From Utricularia gibba (Eukaryota; Plantae; Magnoliophyta), in assembly GCA_002189035.1 (NCBI GenBank), contig NEEC01000010.1:2666001-2730000 (forward strand): a DNA stretch of 64,000 nucleotides. Reading direction: 5' to 3'. Below, in pieces: positions 12,056 to 25,431 of this stretch. The notes under the pieces are model-generated. The model was not told the origin of the DNA, did not search any database, and saw only the letters and a program-made list of their open reading frames with translations. Numbering within the stretch: position 1 is the first letter of the stretch; every line of letters starts with the position of its first letter. The translations under genes were made by a program, and so were the position numbers.

Positions 12056-13087
12056 AATTCTTAACATCGATGCACTGCTACAGCAACACTCCACGGCTGG
12101 GCTGCATGCATCTAATAACTGCTTCACTTAGAACGTGTTGAACGAGTGTAACAATAAAGTCTTCCTACAAAGTACGTGTATCTGAATAAAACACCATCAT
12201 TAAAGTTTTATTTGACTTTATTCTTTTAGAATTACTTTTCAACAAGTGATATTTGGTTGGTAAAACTTCTATTAGAAGCAATTTACATTTGATAAAATAA
12301 TTCTCAAAATAATGTTTAGTTTTTCAATTATTAATTTTCATCAGTTATAAGTATTGTTATAGTTTTTTATTTCATCCTAAATGTGATTTTTTTCAATTAA
12401 ATTCTATGAAAGTAGAATTTTTTCGGGGTGACTTTCATGATTTTTTATTTATGAAATAATTCCAATCAAACAACGTTTTTTTGAGTGTATAAACGGTTTA
12501 ATTTGATAATAAATATTATTATATTAAATTTTTAAAATAAAATTTGAAACACACATTTAATGAAGGAGAAGTAATATCGCCAGGTTCTTAAAAAATAGAG
12601 TTCTTCTTGAATTTTTGTTTCTTTTTTAAAAGATAAGTCATTCATATTTAATAATAAATTTGATTGTATAGTATTTTTTTAGAATTATGTCTTTAAATAA
12701 AATTATAAAAGAATGTGAATACCAACATTCAAATGGAATAAAATTTTAAAAAATATTATCAAATTGCATTCCCATTTTAAATGATTTTTTTCCCTGCAAA
12801 TGTTGATGCACATCCTGTAGTGTGCTCGATGTGGATTAGGCGTTCCGACCGAAGGATTACCATTAAATGCGTTTAATTAAAAGGAAAATGACTTTTTATT
12901 GATGGTGTCTGACCTGTGAATTTTATATGTCTGGACTGCTTCCCGATTTCTGGTTCATTAGTTTGGAAAGTTTACAAAAAGCAGCCCCAAGAAGCCGCAG
13001 GATGATTCCGCTCTGTGTCTATATAACCACACAAGCGGACTTGCAGTCAAAGCACCCAGGCATTCGTCATTTACTGCATTCGTAGCC

Positions 13088-14669
13088 ATGCAGTTGCTGT
13101 ATGCGGTTTTGCTCCTCTTCTCTTTCACGGGAAATGTAGAGCCCTGCGAACGAATATTTCGGCATTGTTTGTGTTTGGAGACTCCACTGTGGACTCCGGC
13201 AACAATGACTTCATCCCCACCGTCGCAAAAAGCAACATGCCACCCTACGGCCAGGATTTTCCGGGGAAGAAACCCACTGGGAGGTTTACGAACGGGAAGC
13301 TGATCACGGATTTCGTAGGTTGGGAAACATTATCACGACTGCGTTTTCATCTTTCCGTAGCTCTGTTTTTGAATAAAATGTCGCCCTTTTTTTCTCATTT
13401 TGATTGCGCTGTAACTTTCATTTCTCTCTCTGTTTTTTTTCACTAGCTTCGTATTTGGGGGTGAAAGAGCTAGTGCCGCCATATCTGGACCCAAGCCTGA
13501 CGATAGAGGACCTTAAAACTGGAGTATGCTTCGCCTCTGCTGCTACTGATTTCGATCCTATGACACCACAAATCCTTGTAAGTTGAATTCTTTTTGGAGT
13601 ATTTTTGATTCTTCAGTAGCTTTTTTGTTTAGTGATTGATGGTAAGAAATTGGGGAATTTTATTTGGTTGTTTTTTGAGTTCGCAGTTGACACTTGAGTT
13701 TTGCTGAATCAATTCTGGGTTCATAAAAAAAATTTTACCTTCTCATGATCAATTTGGAATGGAGACAGGGCGTTATTCCGTTGGCAAAGCAGCTGGAATA
13801 CTTCAAAGAGTACATACAAAAAATGGAGAGCAGCATTGGAAGAATGAAACCGATGCCTTGATCAGGAACGCGGCGGTGGCAATAAGCGCCGGCAGCAACG
13901 ACTTCGTCGTGAACTACTTCCTGGTTCCGGTACGGAACAAAAGCTACTCCGTGCCCGAGTATCAGAACTTCATCTTGCAGCTGCAGCAACAGTTCATCCA
14001 GGTAACTTTAAGCTCTAGAGTTTTGCTACTTTCTAGTTGCAACGTTTTTTCAGAATTCAGCAAAGTGAGGCAAAAATGCTGCGCAGGGGCTTTTGGACTT
14101 GGGAATTCGGAACATTATGGTCGAAGGACTTCCACCCTTCGGCTGCGCGCCGGCGGTCATGAAACTTGAGTCCGGCACATTACCCGGCGTTCACCAGTGT
14201 CTGGACTGGATGTCCGCCATCGCAAGAGATTACAATTCTCTTCTTCTCCCCCAACTCGCCGCTTTCCAGAAACAAGGAGCCAATGTTATGTACATTGACA
14301 TTTATACCCCTTCGATGATATCATCAAAAGGCCCCAACTTTACGGTAGGGATCTTCACCCAAGATGCTCCATTATTTCCTCATTTTCATTGGCAAAGTTC
14401 TGTTGGTGAATAATCTTCTCTGAAAAGTCTATTAAACTTTTTGTAACACGAATCCATGTCTAGGTTTCGATGTGGTGGATCTTGGCTGCTGCGGCATTGG
14501 ATCCCTGGAAACATCGGTATTCTGCAATCCAATCACCCCATTGTGCAGGGATGCGTCCAAGTACGTGTTCTGGGACTCGGTACACCCGACTCAAGCAGCA
14601 TACTACAAGGTGTTCCTCTCCTTGATCCCAGGAATCAATCGTTTCGTTTCCAAGATTACATATAAGTAG
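13088..14669 (+). CDS. GDSL esterase/lipase 2, with three -1 frameshifts as written (about 13143, 13841, 14310); exons 13088-13318, 13447-13577, 13769-14001, 14087-14344, 14464-14669
   Basis: FGDST, GSND and DSVH motifs and all splice sites intact; exons 3 and 4 are exactly 1 nt shorter than in GDSL 1 (233 vs 234, 258 vs 259). Either a pseudogene or an assembly error. Confidence 0.85.
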
Positions 14670-16390
14670 TCGGTGTGGTGGATTTTTCATGAGCTATTCA
14701 ACACAAACCTCTTTGAAATGAGCAGCGAACAATGAACAGCTTCTTCCAGAAAACCCCATACAAAAACAATGAACAGTCAATTGTTAGAAAAACGCAAGCA
14801 GTCAATCCATTTGAGAGATTTGTGAATATTCAAATCTGTCCCTCCAGTATTCAGGCATGCCCCAATATTCAGGCCTGCATGCTATATAAAATTCATGCAT
14901 CAGCCTCCCTGCACATGGCCATAATAATGGTGTCGTGCATTGCATCCCTGTGATTGGGTACAACCTCTGGCCCTTCCATGAGAGGTACTCCATCAAGAAC
15001 GCTGATTGCGAACACAAGTGGCGAATCGTGCACACTATTTAAGAGATTAAATTAAAAAATTTACATTATGCATGATCAATTTTTTGACACGATATCTTAC
15101 ACATACCCAAATTTCTAATTCATCTCATTGCTTTGGCCTTTAGGCAACACAGTTTGGTGAAGTAGCAAGGAGACAATAGGTGGAGGTGATGCGTGTTCTA
15201 AAGAAAAAAAAAAACCCTAAATCGCTGACTCCCACAAATCACTTGGGGTTCATCTAATTTCACTCAAGCCCTATAATAAACAATTCACGGTTCAATAGGG
15301 TTCAACGATTGTTCAATCACGCTTTTTTGAACACTAATATTTTGACATTAGACATGTTATAAGCATGTTGTTTTGTATTTATGAAATTAGTATTGTGAAC
15401 TTAATTCACATACATTTTGGTCAACATGGGTATGAGTCATGACAAAATAACACAACTTGTCTGGTATGAATAGTTACATAAGGAACATTTAACCTAACCC
15501 ATCCAAGTCTTATTTGTCTTTTTCCGGAATTAAATAAATTTTAAAAGCATTAAATGCACTCATGGAATGGAAATTGGAGGCTATTGATGGTGGGTGAGTT
15601 GTAGTGTTGGTTAATTTCAAAAATATTTATAATTTACAAATATCAATAGTTAGTCACTTGTCTAAACTTGTTAAAATCTATTTGACACTAAACCACCCAT
15701 TTTGATGGCATCTCAAAGGTAGGTTTCTAATGTCCCAACATTTGGTTTTTTTCGTTTTAAAAATCGGTTGTGTTGTCGTAATTCCAAACTCATGTGTTCA
15801 TCTTATATATGTATTTAAATAATATTTTAACATGTGAAAATGATACTAATTATGCATCTACTAGCACATGTTTATGAAATTGTATGATCTATTTGAAATG
15901 ATTTCCATTTTTATTATTAAATACGAATGATTTCTATTTAAAAAGATATAAACTTACAAATGTTTATTATGTTTAAAAACTTCAAATCCTCAATTTCTAT
16001 TTTATTAGAAAGGTATTTTGAAAATTATTTTTTAAAAAATAGAATTAAACATACCCTAATTTTCAAATGGTTGGCTCCATTGCAGTATTAGGATATTTTT
16101 ATTTAGACCATGCAACCATTGTTTGAAAACCTTAAAAATGGTCCAAACTGATTAAACAATGGTTGTATTGACTTTAATATGATTTCTATCGTAAATGTTT
16201 CAATCATGATTTTTTAAATACTACAAGCAACTGTTCATGTGTACTTCCACAATATCATGGTTCATGGGACCTTTTTTTGTCTAAGTAGATGCCCTTCTAA
16301 TCCAACTTTGTCTATATTTAAGACCACACTCTCACACACAAAATAAAAGAAAAAGGCCTTCTCATCTGGTTAGGCTCTTCTCCTTCAACC

Positions 16391-18495
16391 ATGCACCTAC
16401 TCTATGGAGTTTTGCTGCTGCTCTGTACCACGGTGGACTCTCAAATCCTACATACGAATACCTCCGCCATCTTCGTGTTCGGAGACTCTTCCGTCGACTC
16501 CGGCAACAACAACTTCATTCCGACCATGGAAAGGGGCAACTTCACACCCTACGGTCACGACTTTCCCGGCCAGATTCCCACAGGAAGGTTCACTAATGGC
16601 AGGCTGCTCACTGATTTCATCGGTTAGATGCACCGGAAACACCTTCACTTTACACTGAAGTGAACTATTTCGATTCGTTAACGAGCCTTTTGATGGGGTT
16701 TTCTTGATGTATGTGTCAAAATAGCTTCCTACATGGGGATTAAAAAGCTTGTACCACCGTACCTGGATCCCAATCTGACTCTCGACGACCTGAGAACCGG
16801 AGTTTGCTTCGCTTCCGCCGGTTCTGGTCTCGATCCGCTAACATCCCAGATCACGGTAAGAATTTCACTTGGCCCAAGTTCGAAGTAGAATTTTCATACC
16901 CAGGCTCAAAACTCATCTAGAGATGATTTTTCCGTACACCCGTAATATAATATATTTTTTAATTCATCACGTCATTGGTGCTCCATAAATGGGTAGGTGC
17001 AGAAGACTATCGCCAACATGTCTCGTTGGTGATATTATAGTTCAAGAAATCGGATCTCATAAAATTAACCATCTTCAACAATAATTTTTTGTTTTAATTT
17101 ATGATAGATAATTGAGGATGACTAGATTTGTAAATGATGCATTTTTTCAACAATTTATTTTTTACTAGTACACAAATTTTCATGTTTTTCGACATGATTA
17201 TCATGCATTTTGGATCTATATTTTCTGGTTTGAAGTTGTCTTGATGTACTTTCTACCCATATTTAACTTATATATGTTAAGATCCCACAAATCTTATAAC
17301 TCTTTAGTTAGGGACCTGAAAATCAAGAACTAGTGTGATGGAATGAAATGAAGCCCTCCACAATACGAAAAAAAAAAAAAATCTTTCAATCTTCATCTTT
17401 TTCTTCTAATTTTTACTTTAATATCTTAATTTAATATTCGATGGTTGAGGTTTTTTCGATATTGAAATATTTATTTAAATATTATTATTTTCTAACAAAT
17501 ACAACACGGGGGCTTACATTTTTGTTTTGTTTTGTTTCGAATGTTCGCAGAGTGTGATTTCAATGGAGAAACAACTCCAATACTTCACCCAATACAAGGT
17601 GAGAATGGAGGGCTACTTAGGCAAAGCGAGAGCCAAAAGCCTGATAAACAAGGCAACTGCTTTTATAAGCGTTGGCACCAACGACTTCCTTGCCAATTAT
17701 TTCCTGATTCCGACAAGAAATCAAACGTACTCTGTCGGTGCGTACCGGAATTATCTTCTACGGCTGGAGCAGCGCTTCATCGAGGTATCCGTAGATTACA
17801 CTCTTAAGTTCCATAACATTCACAGATGAAAAAAAAAAAACAATTTTTTCAAGCCTACATGTAACAAAAAAATCTACTCAATCGATACGTGTCTTGTGAA
17901 TGCTTGAATTTCATCTCAGATATGAAGATATGCGCAGGAAGTTATAAATCTAGGTGTCCGGAACATCGCGGTGGTGGGCTTGCCGCCGTTCGGGTGTGTG
18001 CCGGCTTCCAAAATCCTTTACTCCTGCCAAGCCTGCAGCCACCATTGCGTTGAATGGCTGTCGGTAGTAGCACGAGACTACAACCGCTTGCTTCAATCCA
18101 AGCTTGCGATGCTGAAAACCTTGAGGGCCAACATTGTGTACCTTGACATATATCGGCCGCTGGAGGATCTGATCAGACGGCCACAAGTCTATGGTGCGTT
18201 CTTCCTTTTCATTGCAGTAAGCAATTTACTTTGAGACTCAGAGGCTGAGTCTGATTGCAAGTGCCGTGACGGGTTCGCTGCTTCATGTCTAGGGTTCAAT
18301 GTTGTGGACCGCGGTTGCTGCGGAAGGGGAGGCCTTGAAACCTCAATACTATGCGCACCGGGGACCGCGCTGTGCAGTGATGGCTCCAAGTACGTGTTCT
18401 GGGACTCATCACATCCAACTCAGGCAGCATACTTCAAGATCTTTCAATCCTTCGTCCCCGCACTTAGACGATTCTATTCCAAATTTGTGATGTAA
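16391..18495 (+). CDS. GDSL esterase/lipase 3; exons 16391-16622, 16725-16855, 17551-17784, 17938-18193, 18293-18495
   Basis: Signal peptide, FGDSS, FASAGSG, GTND, DSSH; intact frame and GT-AG introns. Confidence 0.95.
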
Positions 18496-20984
18496 GGGTT
18501 ACTTTGTTCATCCCTCTGCCTCCTGACTCCATCCATTATCAAGTCATTTTAAGGACGACTATTAAAATAAATAATTGTACATCGTAAAATAAAAATGAAA
18601 TAGTTAAATATAAAAAATAGTTATAAATTACTAATAATTAATTGAAAATAATTTTTTTTAATGTAATTCACGTTGGTTATATATTTAGACGTTAAAACCA
18701 TCATATTCTTAATTTCTAAATAAAAGTAAGCCTCATGTATCCACAGCCCATTTGGGAAGATTTAGTAGTAGTGCGAATGACCGGCCCATTCTTCAACTGA
18801 TTCAAGTCTATTGTCATACAGAAGAAGTGGGCTGATGGGCACACAAATGAGGCATTTGCTCCTTCATGCAATATATGTAAAAACCTAATCTTTTTATTAT
18901 TACACCATATTAACATAACGAACACCACGGGCATAGGTATAAAGTCATAATTAATGGAAGCATCATGGTCTCCTTCACATCAGTTTCCATTGCAAGGTGA
19001 ATCAGCAGTGGTTTACATTTTTAAACTCTGCTTTAAATTCCAATATGATAGGAAAATAGTTTGTTTCCCCCTCCAACAGTTGCACTCTTTCATCTAGGTT
19101 TTTCATGGGAAAAATGTGAGATATCTGTCTAGTTTACAAAGGTCGAACTGGTGCCATCCAACGCATCAAACGAGTAGTGAATGAGAGGTCGTTGGTGGGT
19201 CAGTGGATCGCCTTTAAGTCCGAATTGATGAAAAAGGTCGAACCCTCTACTCCACGCTCATATTTTATGATTTTCCATCTGATAGGATCAGAGCAACACG
19301 AGAGGAGGGAAAAAGGAAAAGAGTGAACTGAGAAGGCATTAACTCCATCTGAACCCCCGTTTGCACTGCATCTGCATCAGCATGTGCCTCGCATTCAATA
19401 TCCCCACCACACCAACTCCCAATAATTGACTCCTCAGGATGCATCAGATGCCAATTATTTGTCTCGTAATCATAACTTTAGCATTCAAGAATCCATCTAT
19501 TAGTTCCATTCTTAGGATGCATTTGCATTGGTCGACTTGAATAACCGCTCACCATCTCTCCCTGTCGATGCATCACTGCATCCGAGGCTCAAGACTCGCT
19601 GCGTCTGAGACACAGGAGCAGTCAAAGAGTATTATATTGGAGCTCAAGTGCATGAATTTTTCTGGAATGGGAAACAGATGGATGTATCAAGTGTGGGCCT
19701 TGGGCAATGATGTGCACCACATGAAATGATAACAAAACGAATGTACGATTATTGCCTTGTGACAGTCTATGTGATGATTCAGGGTTGTCACTTGTCACCT
19801 TGCTTTTTATTGCTTAGAAATTAAAATAGAAATCATTTGTATTTTAGAGTGATTTCACAAAAAGAATAAGATTTTAAGGACATTATATACTGCATGTCTT
19901 CACATTCCACCATTTTAAGGCCATATTTGATTGATCAGTTTGGACACATTTTAATGGGTATAAATTATATTTTATGTATTTGGTACAAAAATTTGTTAAA
20001 TCCATATAAAAACAAAAACATAAGATTTACTTTACACAAGAAAAAAATAGATGATAAAGGGGAGGTAGGTAAAAATATGAATTTTTAATTAAATCAATAC
20101 ATAATCATTAATAAACTAAACACATTCATTCCTTTCCTTTTAACCAAACATGCCCTATATGAGAATAAGGGAGTTGGTTAATTTTGTACTTGAGGAGACA
20201 CATTCGTAGTTTTCCAATGATTAAATAATATTAATTTAATTTCAGAATAATAATTATGGGTTTCACGGACTGGAATTAATTGAGTCATTTATTTGGGCGG
20301 TCCCCACCATCCAGCTTTCCAAGCATATTGAATGCCACGGAGTGAGGGAGCTCACGAGGAGCTCCTGAGACGATGATGAGGTACATGAAGCATCATAATG
20401 GTCACACCATCAATTTAAGGTAAGGTATGATGCATACATTTTCGATGTTTAATTCTCATAATTTTATTTTTTTATTAATATAAATGAATAGTGAATTAGA
20501 TGATTTGTGATTTTATTACTATCCAAATTGATTTGATCATGATTCTATTTAATTTAAATCTTAATAATATCATTGTTTTTAAACATGTGTGATTGCGTAT
20601 CATATGAAATAATTTTCATCTAATTTTCTAGAAGATTCCAATTTTAGAGTAAAATGATTATTATCTCACAATATTAGAAAGAACAAAAAAAATATATTGA
20701 ACTAAATAGGTATGAATTGATACCTAATACATTATATGATTTTAAAAAAGATTCCAAATTTTGTAACTATAATAAAATATATTTAGTTATTTTAACTTAA
20801 AAAATTATTGATAAAAAAATAAAATGCATGTTACTGAAATAGTCTTTTACCCTACCCTATTATCCTAAATTGCAATATGCACCTTTTTCTATTTCTTACA
20901 ACTACAAATGAAATATTGAGTCTTTCCATTTGGCCCCGGAGACCCACCACCACACCGGCAACCAGATCAGTATCCTCTGTCTCC

Positions 20985-22616
20985 ATGTCGCTCTCTTCTA
21001 CTCTCCTTTTCACCCCCCTCTTCTTCCTTCTTCTTCTTCTTCTTCCCTCGCTTTGCCGGGGCTCTTATATCTCCGCCCGGAAGCCGCGCTACCAATTAAC
21101 AACGGACTTCTACGCAAATTCATGCCCTCAGGTTGATCAGCTCGTCGCCTCCGTCGCTTCTCAGCAGTTCCGGGACGCGCCGGTTTCCGCTCCGGCCACC
21201 ATTCGGCTCTTCTTCCACGACTGCTTCGTCCGAGTAGCCGAGCACAACTCTTGTTTACACTGCGTCCTCTTCAAGTTCATTGATTGTAATAACTAATAAT
21301 TAATTATATATTCCTTTCAAGGGTTGCGATGCGTCCGTGCTGATATCGACCAAGCCGGGCAGTAAAGAGCCGGCACCGGAGAAGGACGCGGAGGACAACC
21401 GGGAAATTGCGGTGGAGGCTTACGACACCTTGGAGAAAGCTAAGGCGCTGGTGGAGAGCAAGTGTCCCGGTGTCGTTTCCTGTGCCGATATTCTCGCCAT
21501 GGCTGCCCGGGATTTCGTCCACTTGGTGAGTATTCTCCACCTCTAAAGTTCCCCCTACCTTCGTCTTCCTCCTCACGACCTCACGTTTACATATTTTCCT
21601 TGTTGGCTTATTCTGGAGTTATTTTCGCACCACTCGTCTGTGTTTTTTTTTTTTTTTTAGTGTAGAGTGAATATTTTTCCTAAAAAGAAATCGTTCTTTC
21701 ATTGTGCATGTGTCCTATGTTTTAGTACAATGTTAGTCTAAAAAAATGTGTTCTTGGGGTGTTCTTTCAATACCCAAAAGTTCATTAAAGAAAAAAATCA
21801 GGTCTAAGGTTGGGTTCAGTGCGGAGGTAAAAAGCGATTAGTTTTGGAAACTAAATGAAGCCGAGAGGCAGCACGGCGACAGCGTCACGTGCACTTCCCG
21901 AGCAATTCGGCCTTTTTGCAGTGGCGGTTTTTGCCTCATTGTTTTCATTCATTGATTGATTCACCACTTTCCAGGCGGACCCAGCCGGGGGTTCATCTTT
22001 ATCGAACCAAAAAGGATACGTAGACTCTTGTTTCTCATTCACGGTTTCTTGGCAGGCCGGAGGGCCGTACTACCAGGTGAAGAAGGGAAGGTGGGATGGT
22101 AAAATCTCCCTAGCTTCCAATGTCCAGTACAATCTCCCACGAGCAAACGCCTCACTAAGTGATCTCCTCACCCTCTTCAACTCCAAGGGCCTCACTGTGG
22201 AAGACCTGGTGGCCCTCTCCGGTGCGCATTCCATCGGCTTCGCGCATTGCAAACACTTCGTGAAGCGTATTTACGGCACCGATTCCTCCATGGATCCCAG
22301 ACTCCTCAAGTCCCTTAAGCTCTCCTGCCCTCCCTACGGAGGCAACACCGATGTGGTGGCGCCGCTTGATGTGACGACTCCCTTTGTACTTGATAATGGT
22401 TATTACTCGAATCTGGAGGCAAAGATGGGCGTCTTGGGTTCGGATCAAGCCCTGTTTTTGGATGCGAGGACCAGGCCGTTGGCGCAGGCGCTCGCTAGGG
22501 ATAGGAATAAGTTTTTTCAAGCCTTCGCGGAGTCAATGGAGAGAATGGGCTCGATTGGTGTAAAGAGGGGCCGGAAGCATGGGGAGAAGAGAAAGGTTTG
22601 TAGTCTGCATGCATGA
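20985..22616 (+). CDS. PER19: Class III secretory peroxidase, PER19-like; exons 20985-21233, 21322-21525, 22056-22616
   Basis: Signal peptide, TIRLFFHDCFV (distal His), VSCADILA, VALSGAHSIG (proximal His), GPYYQVKKGRWDG; SAPATIRLFFH and VKKGRWDGK match my recollection of the PER19 clade. The exon 1 donor (gtagcc) is weak. Confidence 0.9.
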
Positions 22617-22890
22617 GGCTTTCATTGCTAGATTTTTTTTTTCTTTTTTTCATTGCATTGTAGGGTGGTCTGCCTAGTGGCTCTCTTTGTGGCTAGTTTT
22701 GCGCTCCATTATGTTCGAGTCGACCCGTGAATACAAAAAAATGCTGCAAAAATGTAATGGTTCGTCATGGCTTCTGTTAGAACCATCTGACATCTATGAT
22801 TGAATTCATTGACTGAATGGATGAAACCCGGGACGGACCATTTTCCTGAGTAGCTATCGAATTGATTACCAAACTCTTGCGGCCGCGTTG

Positions 22891-23388
22891 GTGAAATAGC
22901 ACTACTGTAAAAAGCAATTAGTTAAATAGCACGCTTTCGCAAATCATTTGTGAAATAGCATTTTTATACATTATTTCAAATCAAAAGATATATAATGATC
23001 TAATTAAAACATATATTCATAACATTTTATTTATCATAAATATGTATAAAAATATAAAAATATCAACCTAATATATATTGAATCATAAAAATATATATTT
23101 GATTTAACATATACATTATTTCAAATCAAAAGATATATAATGGACTAATTAAAACATATATATTAATTTCGTTTTATTAATCACAAAAATGTATATAAAT
23201 ATAAAAATATCAACATAATATATATTGAATCATAAAAATATATATTTGAGTAATACATGTATTTTAATTAGATCAATATATATTTTTAATCTAAAAAACT
23301 CATAAAAATGCTATTTGACAAATAATTTTCAAACATGTGCTATTCAGCAAATAAATTTATGGCAGAATGTTATTTCACTAATTTACTC
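22891..23388. mobile_element. Non-autonomous foldback element (MULE-type MITE-like) with long imperfect TIRs and an internal tandem repeat of about 140 bp
   Basis: Left GTGAAATAGCAC...TTTGTGAAATAGCATTTTTAT is the reverse complement of 23302-23378; right end reads GAGTAAATTAGTGAAAT on the minus strand; internal direct repeats at about 22966-23102 and 23110-23249. No clear TSD. Confidence 0.7.
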
Positions 23389-24321
23389 GTGAATGAAACA
23401 TTCACTGATTAAACGATTTTTTATGAACAGATTTTTTTATTACAAGAGCAATGACAGGAATCCGCTACTAACAACAACCTATTAATAAGTAAGAGAATAA
23501 CAGAACTTGCTCAAAACCAGACAACTGCTGCACTACGGGGGAGTTCTCCACCTCATAACAGAATTCCACACACCATGGTTGAATGAGTTGCTCTCTTCCA
23601 ACGGTTATGGAGATTTCATTTCTGTACGAAATTCTGATTTTCCAACGTCAACTTCCAGCGTAACATCAGCTCTTCCACTCATACAAACATCCACTTCATC
23701 TGTCCAGCTGGTAACCTTGAGATGGATCTCAAACAGCTGCGCTCGATCAGCATCGGTGGAGGGAATGCACTCAGCCTTGTTGACCATTTCACTCCTTACC
23801 ACTGAGTGTAGCTGCAGACAAATGAGACAATCCTCAACAACACTTCTAACAGCAAGAGTGACACAAGACTGATTTTTGCAAAATATATGAAATGAATGGA
23901 CACAAGAACTTATCAAATGAGTCTAGAAACTTCATCCCGTAAAGCCCAAGGAAACCCATTGTCGGAACAACCAAGTTCTGTTCAATTTAAAAATATTTAT
24001 TCTATCTCACATACTAAATTAAAAAATTTATGTTATGAATGATCAATTTTATCACATAATATCTTACAAATGCTCAAATTTATAATTCATCTCTAGCGCT
24101 CACCTCCCTTCTAAACTCGATCGTGACCAGTCGCGTCAGCACAATAATGATTTCTAAATCAATTTAATTCAGTAATGAATCTAAATATGTTTAATTATAA
24201 ACATTTTAATAAGACAAGAATAATCATACGAGTCGCCTGGGCCATCCACCTCCTTGTGTCCGGATGTTCCTAAGAATATATATATTTTTTATTTTGTGTA
24301 TTTTTGGATTGTAATTTAGAT

Positions 24322-24548
24322 CAGTGTTTTGAAAATTTTTGTAAACTATTTTATTTTTCAAAATTATTTCAAAATAATAATAATAAATAAATAAAAGTAA
24401 ATTACTTTTTATTTTTCTAAAAATAATTTTTGTAATATAATTTTAAAAATATTTTTGTTAAAATTACTTTTACAATTGATAATATTCTAAAAAAATATTT
24501 CTATTTTTAAAAAATAGAAATAGTCTTCAAAAATTTTCCAAAACAATG
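24322..24548. mobile_element. AT-rich MITE-like inverted-repeat element, related to 36083-36380
   Basis: About 45-bp imperfect TIRs (CAGTGTTTTGAAAATTTTTG / AAAAATTTTCCAAAACAATG); interior 24400-24480 aligns in reverse with 36140-36235. Confidence 0.6.
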
Positions 24549-25431
24549 ATTGAATTCATATCTCTAAAATTGAAAAATATACAATGAAAAAATGCTTACC
24601 CAAAGTATTAGTTATGAGCCGCCTCACGTGAGCGCCAACTACTAGTCCAGTTTACCCGAACCCCAGCCGCCACCCCTGTTTTCAAACCATGGATTCCACC
24701 TGGTTAGATCCCCAATCCATATTATAGCGGTTGGATTCATTTCTATTTTTTTTTTTTTACTTTTATTTTTTAATTTTATACTGTTCACTTTATGGAGATG
24801 GTTAAGAACAAATTTAACTTATATGATATGATACGACCTTTATAATATTTTTAATTATTTGCGATATTACCTATGTGGGTGAGTATGGTCACTGATGCAT
24901 CTTACTTAAATATTTAGATTTTAATTTCCGGAAGTGGTATTAGTCCTTTTTTATATTAAAAAATAATAAATAATTGAGCTTCTAAAACGAGTGGTAGAAC
25001 AACTTTCAGGTTCCCCTTGTTTCAAAGTTCAAGATGACACGTTAAATGCACGTTGACATTAAATTCAATTCTCACGGCGGTTAATTAAATAAATCTCATC
25101 TAATCAGAGTGGGTAGAGTCAATTTTATCTATTCAAAATTATTAATTTATTTAATAACCATATTTAGATATATTTAGTTATTCATTTTAAAAATAAAAAA
25201 ATTACAGCTCCCTAAGGTAATAATTCGAATTTAATTTTTTTACTGAAAAAATGTGATATTCGAGCCAATAGAAATGAACCAGCTTATCTGTCATCGGATC
25301 AAGTGGCTGCTAAAACAATTGTCGCCTGTTCAAAAACCACACACCCTCCTCGTCTCCTTCTTCCCCAATTCAAACCCCGTATCTCTTCCCCAATCCAATT
25401 CTATCTCCATTTTCAGCGCCCATTTCCCATC

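Noticed and set aside
12020-12131. Apparent 24-aa C-terminal extension unique to GDSL1
   Set aside because: Adding one C at 12020 restores a paralogue-like tail ending at 12055; treated as a homopolymer deletion.
19300-19700. Repeated TGCATC/GATGCA motifs and short minus-strand ORFs
   Set aside because: No regular periodicity, hairpin or identifiable protein; probably decayed TE or gene debris.
20339-20365. GGAGTGAGGGAGCTC resembling miR159/319
   Set aside because: Partial match only, and no complementary star arm at precursor distance.
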